64,000 nucleotides of DNA from Chrysomallon squamiferum. Lineage: Eukaryota; Animalia; Mollusca. Of the stretch, positions 25,653 to 38,900 are shown piece by piece. The number at the start of each line of letters is the position of its first letter. Positions within the stretch are counted from its first letter, which is position 1. The DNA lies in the NCBI GenBank assembly GCA_012295275.1, contig CM022669.1, positions 2,294,001 to 2,358,000 of the forward strand, read 5' to 3'. Below the pieces are notes generated by a model that saw only the letters and a program-made list of their open reading frames with translations, ran no database searches and was not told where the DNA came from. The position numbers and the translations under genes were made by a program.

Positions 25653-27616
25653 ATGGCAGAAGCCACAGGTAATTCAGTAAATAAAATAAAGTTTAAATGA
25701 TCTTCTAGCCCCACTCTTTTTATTTCTTTTCAGTTAACACTATTTGTTTTTAAATTGTGTCCTACTGTACGTAATACTATATGGCTACGTAGTAGCTATA
25801 GTACTAATATTGCAATCCCATTTCGTACAGAAATACTATGTCAGTGTGATGTAGGATGTCGTTCATTCATTACAGTTATATTGATTTTTTTTATCACCAG
25901 ATTAAAATGTAAAACAAATGTGACTAATCTCATTTTTGAAATACTACTGTTTCACTAATTCACATTTCAGTGGTATTACAGCTAATGCTTCTATGAGTAC
26001 TAATACTGCGGTGACTACTATTGCATATATTAACGTGTGTTTTTTTTCTGCAACGATTGCTTAACTATTATTTAAATTCTAAATACTGATTAACAAATAT
26101 ATGTAGATTTTACTTTTAACTTTTACTTAAAAAACAATAATAATAATAATAATAATAATAGTAATAATTATTTATGTTAAAAAGATTTATAATTTAAAGA
26201 TAGCATATTTTTAATTTCAGATGGGAAAATCAACAAACAGCTTCTGAAAACAAGAAGTGGCGAGTTTGATGTTGAGAGCATACATTCACTTTGTCTCCGC
26301 GAAGCTGGTATAACATTGTTTACTATATTATATATATTTGTATCACAGGTATTAGAGGACTTATATATGTTCAAATTATAGGTATATGCGCGCGCACACA
26401 CACACACCACACACACACACACACACAGTGGTAACTCAAGTTATGAGTACTCCAACTTATGAGTTTTCTGAGTTATGAGCAGTGCTGAGAAGAAGATGCA
26501 GATGATGTCCATTCAGTTAAAGTGTGAAATCATAGAAAAAAATGAGTGAGATGTGTGTATAGTCAACATGGCTAGGCAGTATGAGCGTAGTACTTTTACA
26601 ATATGTACCATATTGAAGCAGAAGGCGTCGATAAAGGCTTAACTCCAGTCAAAGGCATTAAAATAATTTCTAAGCTGTGGATCTCTGTCCATGAAAAGAT
26701 GGAGAAACCATAACCCTGTACACTTTACAAAACCAATTCAGTTCTTTACATTCTCTTTTATTTTGTTTTTATACAATATATATCATTTATACATATATTT
26801 TTCTTATTTAAAAACGCGTTACAAAAAATTGGGGTGGTTTTTTGGGGGCTCAAATGGATTAATTTTATTTCAATTAATTTCATTTGGAAAATTCATTTGA
26901 AATATAACCAAATTGAGTTACGAGCTGAGTCACAAAATGAATGAAACTCGTAAGTCAAGGTACCACTGTATATATATATATATATATATATATATTTAAA
27001 TTACAGGTATATATATTTAAATTACAGGTATAGATGACTTGGGCTGTATCAGTGAATGTCTGAGTTTAGAACGTCTTGATCTGTCTAGAAACAGGATTGC
27101 CAAACTTCACAAACTTGCAGGTCTCATCAATCTGCACACATTAAACCTTTCAGGAAATATACTCACCTCCCTAGGTTTGTAATACATATTTAGTGATTTC
27201 TTGAGGTTTGTAATAAATTTTTAGTGATTTTACAGGTTTGTAATATATTTAGTGATTTTACTAGGTTTGTAATATACATATGTAGTGAGCTGTTTTTTGG
27301 TTTGTGACATATATTTAGTTTTGTAATATACATTTACTGCTTTTTCTAGGTTTGTAATATACATGTAGTAATATATATTTAATGATTTTGTTTTCTTTTT
27401 TCAGTTTTTAACATTCATAGTGATTTTTCTAGGTTTTTAACATTTATAGTTATTTGTCTAAGTTTTTTACAGTGTTAAAATCCTATTCTAAGTTTGTAAC
27501 ATGTATTTATTGTTCCTTTTTCTTTCATATTTAGTTGATCTTGTAACAGTTTGTTAAAAATTCAAAAAACTTTAAACATAAACAATTCTTATGCAGGAAA
27601 AACATTACATGAAAAG

Positions 27617-27649
<33 letters not shown>

Positions 27650-28244
27650 AGATGATCGAAAAGAGAAACACTTTTTATATTTTGTAATAAATTTTATCTA
27701 CAGAGGGATTACAGGCTCTGGATAATCTGAGAATCTTAAATTTGGCAGGAAACATTATAGGAAGGTTTGTTATTTAATATAAATAAACAGTTAAAGTAAA
27801 TGAAAATTATTAATTTGAATAGATTTTGGGTTTTTTGTTATTGGGTATTTTTAATAAAAGGTTATGATTAAATAACATTTGTAATGCTATTTTATAAGAT
27901 ACTTGTATACATATTGGTATATTTCTTTTTAAAAGTAAAACTTTTAAACCATTTTTTTAAAACATAAAAACACTACATGTGAAGTTATTTTTCTTTTCAT
28001 CTTAATCTGTTTGATATGTACACTATGAGTGGAATGAGATGTTTGTTTTATTTCAGTTTTGACAGTCTGCTATGTCTGACCGGGTTGGAGTATTTGAAGG
28101 ATCTGCGACTTAAAGATACAATTCACAACTTGTCAAATCCAGTCTGTCATAATCTCAACTACCAAACTGAAATTCTTGACATGTTTCCACATCTTCATAT
28201 TCTAGATGGTAAAACTCTTAAGCTTTTAAAAAAAAAGAACTTCC

Positions 28245-28289
<45 letters not shown>

Positions 28290-29837
28290 CAGTTATCAGG
28301 AACATGTACAAAAGAATTAAACTGGTATTTTGTCTTCTCTAACTGCAGATGTATGTCATCTTCAACAAGTACAATGCTGCAGAATTCTTGCAGCATTTTT
28401 TTATTTATTAAGAACCTATGCATTATACATAGTTATTGCCATCTTTTCTTGATTATACTATTAATAACCAATAATTAGTTGTAATTAATTAATCCCTTTC
28501 AGATGCATCTTCATAAATGTGAATATTTTTTAAATTATTATTTTTTTTTTAAAGGGGAGAGGTTAAGAGGAAAGGGCAGTGAACTCTATGAAATGTGTCG
28601 GGAACTGGACAGAGCTCTAGAAGGTTAGCAGTTCTGTGTGAAAACACTGACAATCTCCAGGAACAGTAAACAGTTTTAGTTGCTGAATTTATGTCCAGTA
28701 ACAGTAAATAATTTTTAACAACTGAAATTACGTAAACTAACTGTAAGTCATTATGACCGTCAATGTATTTAAATATATTTTTGTATTTTGTTACAAAAAA
28801 TATTTTTATTGACAACTCCTCTAGATGATTTTTTCTTGTCAGTGTATATAAATATATGTGTTTGTTTGTTATACAATATTTTCATTGACAGCTCCTCTTG
28901 ATGATATCTGCTGTCAGTGTATATAAATATATGTGTTTGTTTGTTATACAATATTTTCATTGACAGCTCCTCTTGATGATATCTGCTGTCAGTGTATATA
29001 AATATATGTGTTTGTTATAGAAACTATTTTCATTGACAGCTCCTCTTGATGATTCACCTGCTATTGCTCCAGCCACACAATGGTTTTCATCTCAAGTTTT
29101 GTCTCTTCACACACCAAGAAAATTTCAGGAATCAAATCTCTCTGATGCTGAAGATCAACTGAGAAGTAATTGGGTTTTGGGGTTGTTTTTTTTAAAGAAT
29201 AAATCAATTTATTTATAATTTGATAAAACTAAGTAAGATAAATGTTGAGAAAAATTAATAAACTATGTTTAATTATAACTGCATATAGCTACATAAAAAT
29301 AACCAAGCATTATCTTGAACTTGAAATAAAAGCATAGTATATATTTTCCTTAAAATATTTGATAAATGTACTATTTGAAATTCATATGTGACAAACAGCT
29401 TAAAATGCTGCATAAAATTCAATTATATTTTCTGAAGTCTATTTGAGTAAAAACTTTTCATTTCATTCATGACATAGCATTTAGTAAAAATTGTCAAAAA
29501 ATTTCCATTTTCAACAGTTGTCTTTACTATAAATGATGTTATCAATCAAAACTATTATTATTTACAAGGAGGTTTCTTGTTTTGTATTTTGAGCTAAAAT
29601 TTCACTGAAATGGCTAAATCTAGAACTGCTTCTCAGTTTCATATGTTTAGCATCTGATTTAAATTTGGAAAGCAAATATGGTTTTCTAATCTACAAAATG
29701 GATTTTACATTGTATTTGTATGTATATTTACCAAGAGGATTTGTTTTGTGATTGCAGGTCTGCTTGCTGGATGTAAAAGAGTTAGTGCTGAGGCAGATGT
29801 CAAACTGGCACAGTTACAGAAACAGCTTGATTCCTGA
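25653..29837 (+). CDS. LRRC61: Leucine-rich repeat-containing protein 61, about 245 aa; exons 25653-25668, 26221-26307, 27028-27174, 27704-27764, 28057-28208, 28555-28623, 29040-29165, 29758-29837
   Basis: In-frame exons give INKQLLKTRSGEFDVESIHSLCLREAGIDDLGCISECLSLERLDLSRN, further LRRs, and an LRRcap (NPVC...Y...FPHLHILDGERL), matching the LRRC61 pattern. Confidence 0.9.
26426..26968 (+). mobile_element. pogo/Tigger-like element, copy 2, in LRRC61 intron 2
   Basis: TIRs CAGTGGTAACTCAAGTTATGAG ... CTCGTAAGTCAAGGTACCACTG. Internal sequence is homologous to the other copies. Confidence 0.88.
27171..27500 (+). repeat. Degenerate minisatellite of about 30 bp built from the LRRC61 exon 3 donor site
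   Basis: Repeated (CT)AGGTTTGTAATA(C)ATATTTAGTGATTTT units begin at the true donor. Confidence 0.75.
28801..29053 (+). repeat. Tandem repeat of about 75 bp (3+ copies) containing the LRRC61 exon 7 acceptor
   Basis: TTTTCATTGACAGCTCCTCTTGATGAT recurs at about 28880, 28955 and 29027, with a variant lacking AG at about 28803. Confidence 0.9.
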
Positions 29838-30766
29838 CATCTAATGTACAATGGGACCTGAGCAAAATATGTCCTAAAATCATTTTATAGGTAAATTGTA
29901 TACTGTAAAGTAGTACAAGTACAAATCTTAAATATTTTTATATACTTCCAAATTATGTTTTATTTGAACTTATTTCATTTATTCTATCTTATTACTTTGT
30001 TCAGTTAAAGATACACACCTTCACTAACAGTAAAAATAACACATGACTATAAAATTAAGGTTTGAAGAGATCACAAGTTTGACTTTTCCAATTTTTGATT
30101 GACTTTATTTTATTTTTAAAAAAAAGGTGTTAAAAACAGCATTAGTGAATCACTGGAAAGGTAGAAATTGTCAGTCTGTGAGGGCTTTTGCAATTACATA
30201 TAATATGACATCACAAATCTGGCTCCACAGATCCTCCAGTACTTGTTATTATTGTTAAACAGTCAAACACTCTGGTGAAACGATTGTATGAGGTTTCCAG
30301 TTACTGACTTCAAAATGATATTGTAATATCTACAGTTTCTACAGTTACCGAATTCAGAATGACTCTTAAATTTTGTCTGAAGTTGTTGCAGTTATAGAAT
30401 TTAAAATGATACTGAAATGTCGTGTGAAGTTATTATACTTAGAGAATTCACAATGATGGTCTTGTATAATTAAAAACAGTAGGAAAGTTTACAAAGTTCT
30501 TAATTACGTAATTCAAAATTATATTGAAGTATTTTGTGAAGTTCCTAATTACAAAACTCAAAATTATAAAGAGCTCAAAATACCAGTATTACAAATAAAA
30601 ATAATAAAAATGCTAAATTCAGCTCTGATAATAACTGAAAAGTAGTTATCAGTCCTTTTTGGTTTTAACTAAATTTGATAGTTTATATCCAAAATAAATT
30701 CCAGTAATAGACTGTCTGAAAAATAAGCATTCAGTATTTACTCTTTTTTTGCTATTTTTCTAAGTA

Positions 30767-31621
30767 CCGTATATACTTGTGTACAAGGCAACCTTATGTA
30801 TAAGTCGATGTGTATTTTAAGACCAGAAATTGCGTCATTTTAGGTATTACTTGTGTATAAGTCGACTGTAGATTCCAGGCACCGTCACTATTTTTAGACC
30901 AGTGTGACAGTGCCATGAAGGCCTACATTGTATGCCTACTGTAACATAACTTGCACGTGCAATTCAAAGTAAGATAATTTCGGAACCTCAGCAATATTTT
31001 TTTCTATCGAAACTCTGCTACAAGACACACCCCCGATCCTATTCCTAGCGCGCTAATTGGCCGAGGCTTCGCACACTTGGCAACCGACTAGAATAACAAA
31101 TATGGCGAGAAGTTGATTTTTGTTGCAGAACGTTTATAGAAATTTAGTTTGTTTTCGATTTGTCGGTAGTGGATATTAATGACGACTGCAATATTATTTC
31201 ACCAAATTCTTTACAATTACACAAGTGAGTTTTGTTTATGAAATTAGGACCGATATTTAGTGCAATTTGGCAGAGAAGTCTGCATTCCTAGATCATTGCA
31301 AGACACCGTAAGGCATAACGCCGTACTGACGGTTTTCTCGTTTGAAAATGTATTTTTATGTCGTTAAACGGAAGAATATCATGTTTTACATTCATATTTG
31401 GTTTTGTTATTTAATTTTTCAAAATTATTTATACGATAAAATTATATTTTTGAAAAGCTGAAAGACCACGATTATTTTAGATGCATCCCGTAGTAAAAAA
31501 TTGTCAAAATGGCGACTCTTCAGCAACAGCTACAAAAGCATTACCTATGTATAAGTCGACCCCCAAAATATTACCTTAATATAGTCTCCCAAAAATTTGA
31601 CTTATACACAAGTATATACGG
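30767..31621. mobile_element. Non-autonomous pogo-like DNA transposon with CCGTA termini
   Basis: TIRs CCGTATATACTTGTGTACAAG ... CTTATACACAAGTATATACGG with TA on both sides, internal repeats of TGTATAAGTCGA, no ORF. Confidence 0.88.
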
Positions 31622-32431
31622 TATTTATTTATTTTATTTTTTATTATTATTATTTTTTTTTTGATATCTTTGTAAACTCAACATACAAATAAGTTTCATC
31701 TTTTCACAGTTAAATGTACAACAGTAATCACTGTAATAACATTACTTGTTCCCAGGGGTAACAAATTCAGTTTTCATAAGCAAAAAAAAAAAAATACCCT
31801 GATTATTTTAATAAAAGTATTTTATTGTAATTTTTGTTTATATTTTGGTGAATTGGCTTGTTTTCCCAGAGCAAATTAATTTGAAACAAATGTATTTTTT
31901 ATGAACAATTAAAATATTTCTATATAATATATCTGTTTTTAAAAACTGTTTATATTTGGAAACCTTTGTATGTAAAATATTTCAGATTTCACCAAAAAAC
32001 AAAAAACAATTCCTAATAAAAAATTAAGTAATGCATTCTAAGCTTTTATCAGATAAATATAAAAAAATTAATTTGATAAATATCTTAATATTTTTTCAGT
32101 TTGTATATTGAACACTGTACAAATAATGTTAAATGAAAGACACAGACAAACATCAGTGATAAATTTAATAACATTCTTCACAAACAGGTTCACACTGACA
32201 CATGCTGAGATCACAGTGAACATTACATTTGAATTCAGAGTTTTTAATTTTTCTATACATTTACTGTATTTTAAGCTTTTTCTTACTCAAAATAGGATCA
32301 TACACTATTTTTCTGTATGCATGCATGTGTGTATGTCAAAAGAGAGATAGAGAGAGAATATAATGGTTAAAAAGTAACCACAACAAGAAGACAAAATTTC
32401 ACATAAATAACAAATGTCCTTAAAATGATAC

Positions 32432-32472
<41 letters not shown>

Positions 32473-32481
32473 TACATATAT

Positions 32482-32512
<31 letters not shown>

Positions 32513-33228
32513 CACACACACACACACATACACACATATATATATTGGTATATAAATGTTTTATGAACATCTCAACTATTTTTAATTCCCTAAAGATGAA
32601 TAGAAACACACAGTACATAAATAATTAAATATTATTAAATTGTAAAAATTTTAAACAAAATTGAACAGATAAAAATGTCAAAATAATGCTAGTCTGTGTT
32701 TTGTAACATGAATACATTTGTTAAGTAAATGGTCAAAACAGAAATTTGGTTAAAATCATGCTTTTCAGTGTATCTTTGGAACTTACTTTAGTTTTTTAAA
32801 TAACATAACCATGAAACAATGCAAATTTTAAAAATAAAAGTGTGGATTAAATATTATAAAGCTCAATTTATCTAATGAGCATAAAACTCCCTTGCAGTAG
32901 AAAAATAATAGAATAGTGACATGTAATGAGTAAATAAAGCAACTAATTAATGTGAGAATATATAGAATTTTATGTGATAAAAAAAATATTACAATATTTC
33001 ATGTTACTGTAGATCAGACTATTTGTAACATAAAACCGAGATCATTAATAGCAAATAATTCGGATACAATAGAACTGACATCTCTACACAAGGCAGTATA
33101 AAGTACTTGTTTGTCAGGCAAGAAAAACTGTCATTAAAGAATTTCTTTATTTTCAAACCATGATGTGTAATTATTATTATGTGTTCTCATTTAATAATAA
33201 AATTAATAATAATAACAACAATAATAAT

Positions 33229-33283
<55 letters not shown>

Positions 33284-33499
33284 AGATAAGTACAAGTATT
33301 ACAGGTAGATTATACTTAATTTTATCAGCCAAGAATTAATAATAATAATAAAAAATCAACAACAACAATAAGAACCCAGAAATAGATTTCAAGTAGGAAA
33401 AGCTAAGGCATCCACAAATCAACAGAGCACCAAACATTAAAGATTATGAAATGTTCACATTCTGTCTCCTTTCAAAAAAAAAAAAATTTGTCACAAAAC

Positions 33500-35886
33500 T
33501 CATTTCCTTTGGCTGAAGAAAATTCCTAGTCCAACTGCAGTTGCTATGACAACAATGCCAGCTATAACAAGAACAACTGTTTGAAGAAGTCTGAATTTGT
33601 TTTGATGTGTTGTTGATGTTGTCGACATCTCTGTGACAGATGACATGTGAACAATGTCGTTGCAACTACAGATCTGTTTAAAAATAAAACAGTTAAAGTA
33701 TCTTTCTGAGCAGAACTTTTTATGTTTTATTTGATGAGGATTATTATTATTATTGTTCTTCTTCTTATTATTATTTATTTATGTATGTATTTATTTATTT
33801 TAAGGAAAGGTTTAAAAAAGTATTTGGTGTCTGATGCAATATTCTGTTGAAAAAAGCTTTTTAAAGATTTTTAAGGATCTACATAAAAATGCATAAGTAT
33901 AGACAACATATTAAACAAAATAACTAACGTGAAACTAGATGCTTTCATTTGTTTATTTCTTATTACTAATGTATGTTTGTGTGTGTTCACATGGCCTTCG
34001 TAATTTATTTATTGTTATTTTAACTTAACTAAAATTTATTTACTTTATTTTAATGTTTTTTTTCTTGGTTGTTGCTTATTTTTCATAATGTTCTGATTAG
34101 ACTAACTGATGACTGGAACTAAACTCACCTGTCTTTCATCTACATTGACACTGACTTCTGAATTTTCATTTTTCTTTGTCTGTGCAGACTGAGTGAGATA
34201 TTTCTTCATATATGCAGGTGTGTTCAAGTCTTGAAGATTCTTAAAACCCCAAAAATTTCAGAAATATGATTCAACTTTATCTTTTTATTATCTGCTGTAG
34301 TTTACATTTTTGTTTCTTTGTGGTTACTGTTGTTTTCTGTGAGTTTTTTGTTTTTGTCTAAATATTAATCTGATACAGGCTTAAATTAACATGTGGTCAA
34401 AATATATCTACTGAATGATTTCTTTTAATTTTTAAAAATTTAGAAATAATTTATAAACAGAAAAACAAAAAAGGCTGCCTTATGATATTAATTTAGTTCA
34501 AGGTCAGTAAATATTTTATTAATATGTATGGGAAAAATTGAGAAGTATATGATAAGGTGTTTATGAAAATTAGAAATGAATTAGTTATCAGTGTAATTTT
34601 GAAATGGTACACACTTTACACACTTTATCAAATTCTTTTGTATACACCTATGAATAACCATACAAATAAATTAATGTTTTACTAATATGAACAGATTTTT
34701 CTATAAGGATTATTCTGCGTTAAATACATAAACATTAGATTAGATGATGACAATGACATTGATGGTGTGAGTGGTTAGAAAGCTAAGTCAACACAAATTA
34801 AAATGAAATTTATTCTAAAAGCAGCATATATTTGTTTACCTTTTTTAAATAAGATAATAAAATGTTAATTTAACTTTCTAAGGTTACCAAAATATGACAA
34901 CAGTAATTTTTGAAATACTGAAATGTTTAAAAAACATCAAAATAATAGTATTTGTCTTTGAAGAGGTTTCATTGTTAAAAACAATGTTTTGAGAAGCAGT
35001 TTGTAAACAAATATGAATACAGTGGTACATTGACTTATGAGTGACCCAACTTACGAGACTTCTGAGTTACAAGCAGTCACTTGGTTGATTTTTTTGCTTT
35101 GTTTTCTGTGCCAAAATCAGAGTTATCAGCAAGCTTCAGATACACCACCGCTAATTGGCACAACGAACAACACAACATCCAGCCAGCATCCCGCGTCTCA
35201 CTTGTTTACGTCATGTGGTTACCTGGCTGTAGATGCATCTCTGCATGTAGTAGACTTGGCTAGTCAGTATGAGTGTAGAGCTTCTACAATATGTACCATA
35301 CTGAAGCTGAAGGAGTCGATAAAGGCTGTAACTCCAGCTAAGGGCATTAAAATACTTTGTCTGATCTCCAAGATAAATACACTTTACAAAACCAATTTAT
35401 TTCTTTATATTCTCTTTTGTTTTGTTCTTTTATACAATATTTGTCATTTATAAATGCATTTTTCTTATTTAAAAACATGTTGTGACGTTAGAAAAAATAG
35501 CATGTTTTGGGGGGCTGGAACTGATTAATGGTATTTCATTTAATTTCAGTTGGGAAAATTGATTTGATATATGAGCAAATTGAGTTACAAGCTTGGTCAT
35601 GGAATGAATTAAACTTATAAGTCAAGGTCCCACTGTATTCTGTACTGAGCAGACAACCTTCACATTGCTTGATAGAGCAGATGTCCAGAAAATCTAACTT
35701 AAAACTTGTTTTTTCAAAGAAATTATTTCTAGTTCATTATTAGACTTTCATTGATCATATGTTTTATTTGTTTGTTTCCTTTTGTTTTGTTACTGCACGA
35801 GTAAAGCAAAGTCTGTATAATTATGAATAACAATAATGGAAACAGTAATGCTGATGTATTAAATAAAAATAAAAGATAAGGATAAT

Positions 35887-35923
<37 letters not shown>

Positions 35924-38900
35924 TTAATAATAATAATAATATAATGATGATGATGATGAAGATAAAAATAATTATTACACAATGAAAAATAAATAAATAA
36001 TATTAATGTTTCAATAATAATAAATAAAAATGTTTCTCACATTTTTATGGATGAGGTATTTTCAGTACAAGATTATTATCTTTACAGTTAGTAATTTTGT
36101 AAACAGAAATGAAAAGAAAAAGATGAATCAAAAAGACAGAAATTAGCATCAAGAAAATATCCTAGTAAATGACAGTTTGACATGAACTGCATCTAGCATC
36201 ATCTTTGTTAATTAACCACATCTTCTTTAATCATTTATTTCATTTAATTAAAATGAATGGTTAAGAAATGAAGTTTTGATTAAGAAACATGTAGGAACAG
36301 AAAGAAAATGAAAAATGATTAAAACAAAGAATTTCTAATTATGATTAAAAGAAAAAATACACTTTGATTATCTTTATAAAGTAAGTATTAAACACTTTCT
36401 TAATGCATAAAGGAAGTCATAGAAACATTTTTCATGTATGAGTACAAGTAATTACATTAATATATATATATATATATCTTATTTATAGAATGACTCTAAA
36501 ATAATAATTATTTAAAAAATTAAATCTTGGTAAAGAAAATGATTGAGAAAAAACAATATAACTTGAAAGTAACGGGAACATCTGTGATAGGAAACACATT
36601 ATGGTACAGAAATAACATACCTTATTAATGGTAGGACTTGAGCCATCTGAATTTATTGATGAAGTGTCAAGTACAGAGGGAGATGCATTTACAAGGTTGA
36701 TTCGAAATGAATTTCTTTTCACTTTCTCATCATCAGTCAAACCTTCATTTTCAGAATCTTCGTCACTGAGTACAAACACTGGGTTAATCAAACCAAGACC
36801 TGGCTTGCCACAGATCCTGTCCCTGTACAGTTCTCGTAGGTCAATTTTTTCCTTTTGATAACATTTTTGTTTGTCCTCGTTAAACACAGTGCCATCTGCA
36901 AAAGTCACAGTTTTTATTTCACTGGGTGATGATTCTGATATTTTGGCACAGCTAGAGTTATTACAATCCTCTGAAAGTAAAATAGGTTTCAGTGGCTTTG
37001 TTCTACAAGAATTCATTGAGCTTGAAATGCATGGAGAAGGATTAGAATTGTTTGATAACAAGCTAGAGTTATCTTCTTTATTGTAATGGCAGCAGAACTT
37101 TCTGTCCATTACATCTGTGATGCCATCTTGTTTAGTGACAACAGGGTCATCATTAGTTAATGCTGTACTATAAATATCTGACTTACTGTCTGTAATGACA
37201 TCTTGTGTTGTGTCATCATAAGGTAAAGCTATAATATCTATATCTGGCCAGTCTGAGTCTGTGTCAGTAGTAACAGTCTCACTGGGTGCGGCCATTAGGT
37301 CTCCATTAGGACTGCTGTCAGCATCACTGCTGTATACTAACACATTCTCCAGAATAATATCATAATGGATGTCTCCATCAGTGTGCTGAATATCATGGTA
37401 CTGACAACTTTCTGATTTCTGCTCTGTTGATTTGAGATATTTACTGTTTTCTTCACAGCAGACATCTTCTAGTACATCTGAAAGGTTGGCCGAAGCTGTC
37501 CATTCAGCATTGGTGTTTGTAAGCTGCTGATCACTGTATTTTTCTGTTATCACCTCCAAACCAGCCAAAGATGCTTCAAGTGATTTACTGCAGGAATCTT
37601 TCTCATGATCTTCTTTTATTTCAGAGATAGACTCCAGTCTTTGACACTTACCATCATCTTCATCCATCATTTCAGAATTGTCTACACTGTAGTTCCTGGG
37701 TTCACTTTTACCACCTTCAGTACATTCCAGACTGTTTCTATGTATGGGATTCAAAGTTCTGTCATCAGTGATTACACTGTTATCACTCTGATCAGTGTTG
37801 ACTAATCCAGATGTCTGAGTCTGATTCAGAGACACAACATTTTGATTTAAAATCTGTGACACTTTCACAGTGGATGACTTTCTACTTCTGCTGTACAGAT
37901 AACTGGTTCTAGGAAAGGAATGAGAAATGTAATTATCAAAATTGAGATGTGATGGATGTTGATCATGTGACAGGAAGTCAGATTGATGTCTGATAAGTCT
38001 GGCATGCTGGCCATCTCGTGGAAGACACTGATAAACATCAGCGTGGATGGGAACATCGATGTGGAATGGACCGAGGAGCTGCTGTGGTCGGTCTGTCAGT
38101 GACGTCTGCTCTGTTTCTGTTTCATCACTGCTGCTGTCCTGCTCATGGAATATAGGATTTATTTTCACACCTTGTAATCGCCTGCCAGATATGTGACCTC
38201 CAGTTATAGCCTAAAATTTAAAAAGACAGAACTGAATAAACAGAATGTTGCCATTCTAGACTTGGAACATGGGATTAAATGTTCAGATGATGAATTTCAT
38301 TTTATGTGTTTTTTCTTCTAAATCTGAATACATAGATAAAATACTAAATTGCATCCAAATGAAAACAAAACAACTACAAAATAACTCCAAATTAGACCAT
38401 TACCATTATTTCATCATTTTTATTTTAATGTTCAAAAAACATATTTTAATTACATACTTACTCCAGAAATAAATGTCCACTATTTATAAAATATCCATCA
38501 TTGTTGAACTGACCACGGTCAGTTTTGTCTCAGCCAACAACTGTAGTAAGTAATACATAATTTTCTTTGGCCTACAGCTCATATTTTAGCTATTCATTCC
38601 AAACAATATTTTAGACCCAGCCAAATATCTAATTGTATTAACAGATGGGAGAGAAATGCCTGTGACAAGATTACTCGTGATAAATCAACAGCGATGTTGG
38701 AAGAGCACTGTAGCATCAAAGCAAATACAGAATGTTGTCTTAGTGAACTCACAAAATGTTGTTTATTCTTGCATACACAAGTTGCTTCATTTCAGCAATT
38801 TTCTGTTTGATGAGCTTTCATTATGATCTGAAAGCAGCTCAAGAACAAACAGTGATAACTCTTTCAACAAAGTGTGTGTGTGTGTGTGTGTGTGTTTGTG

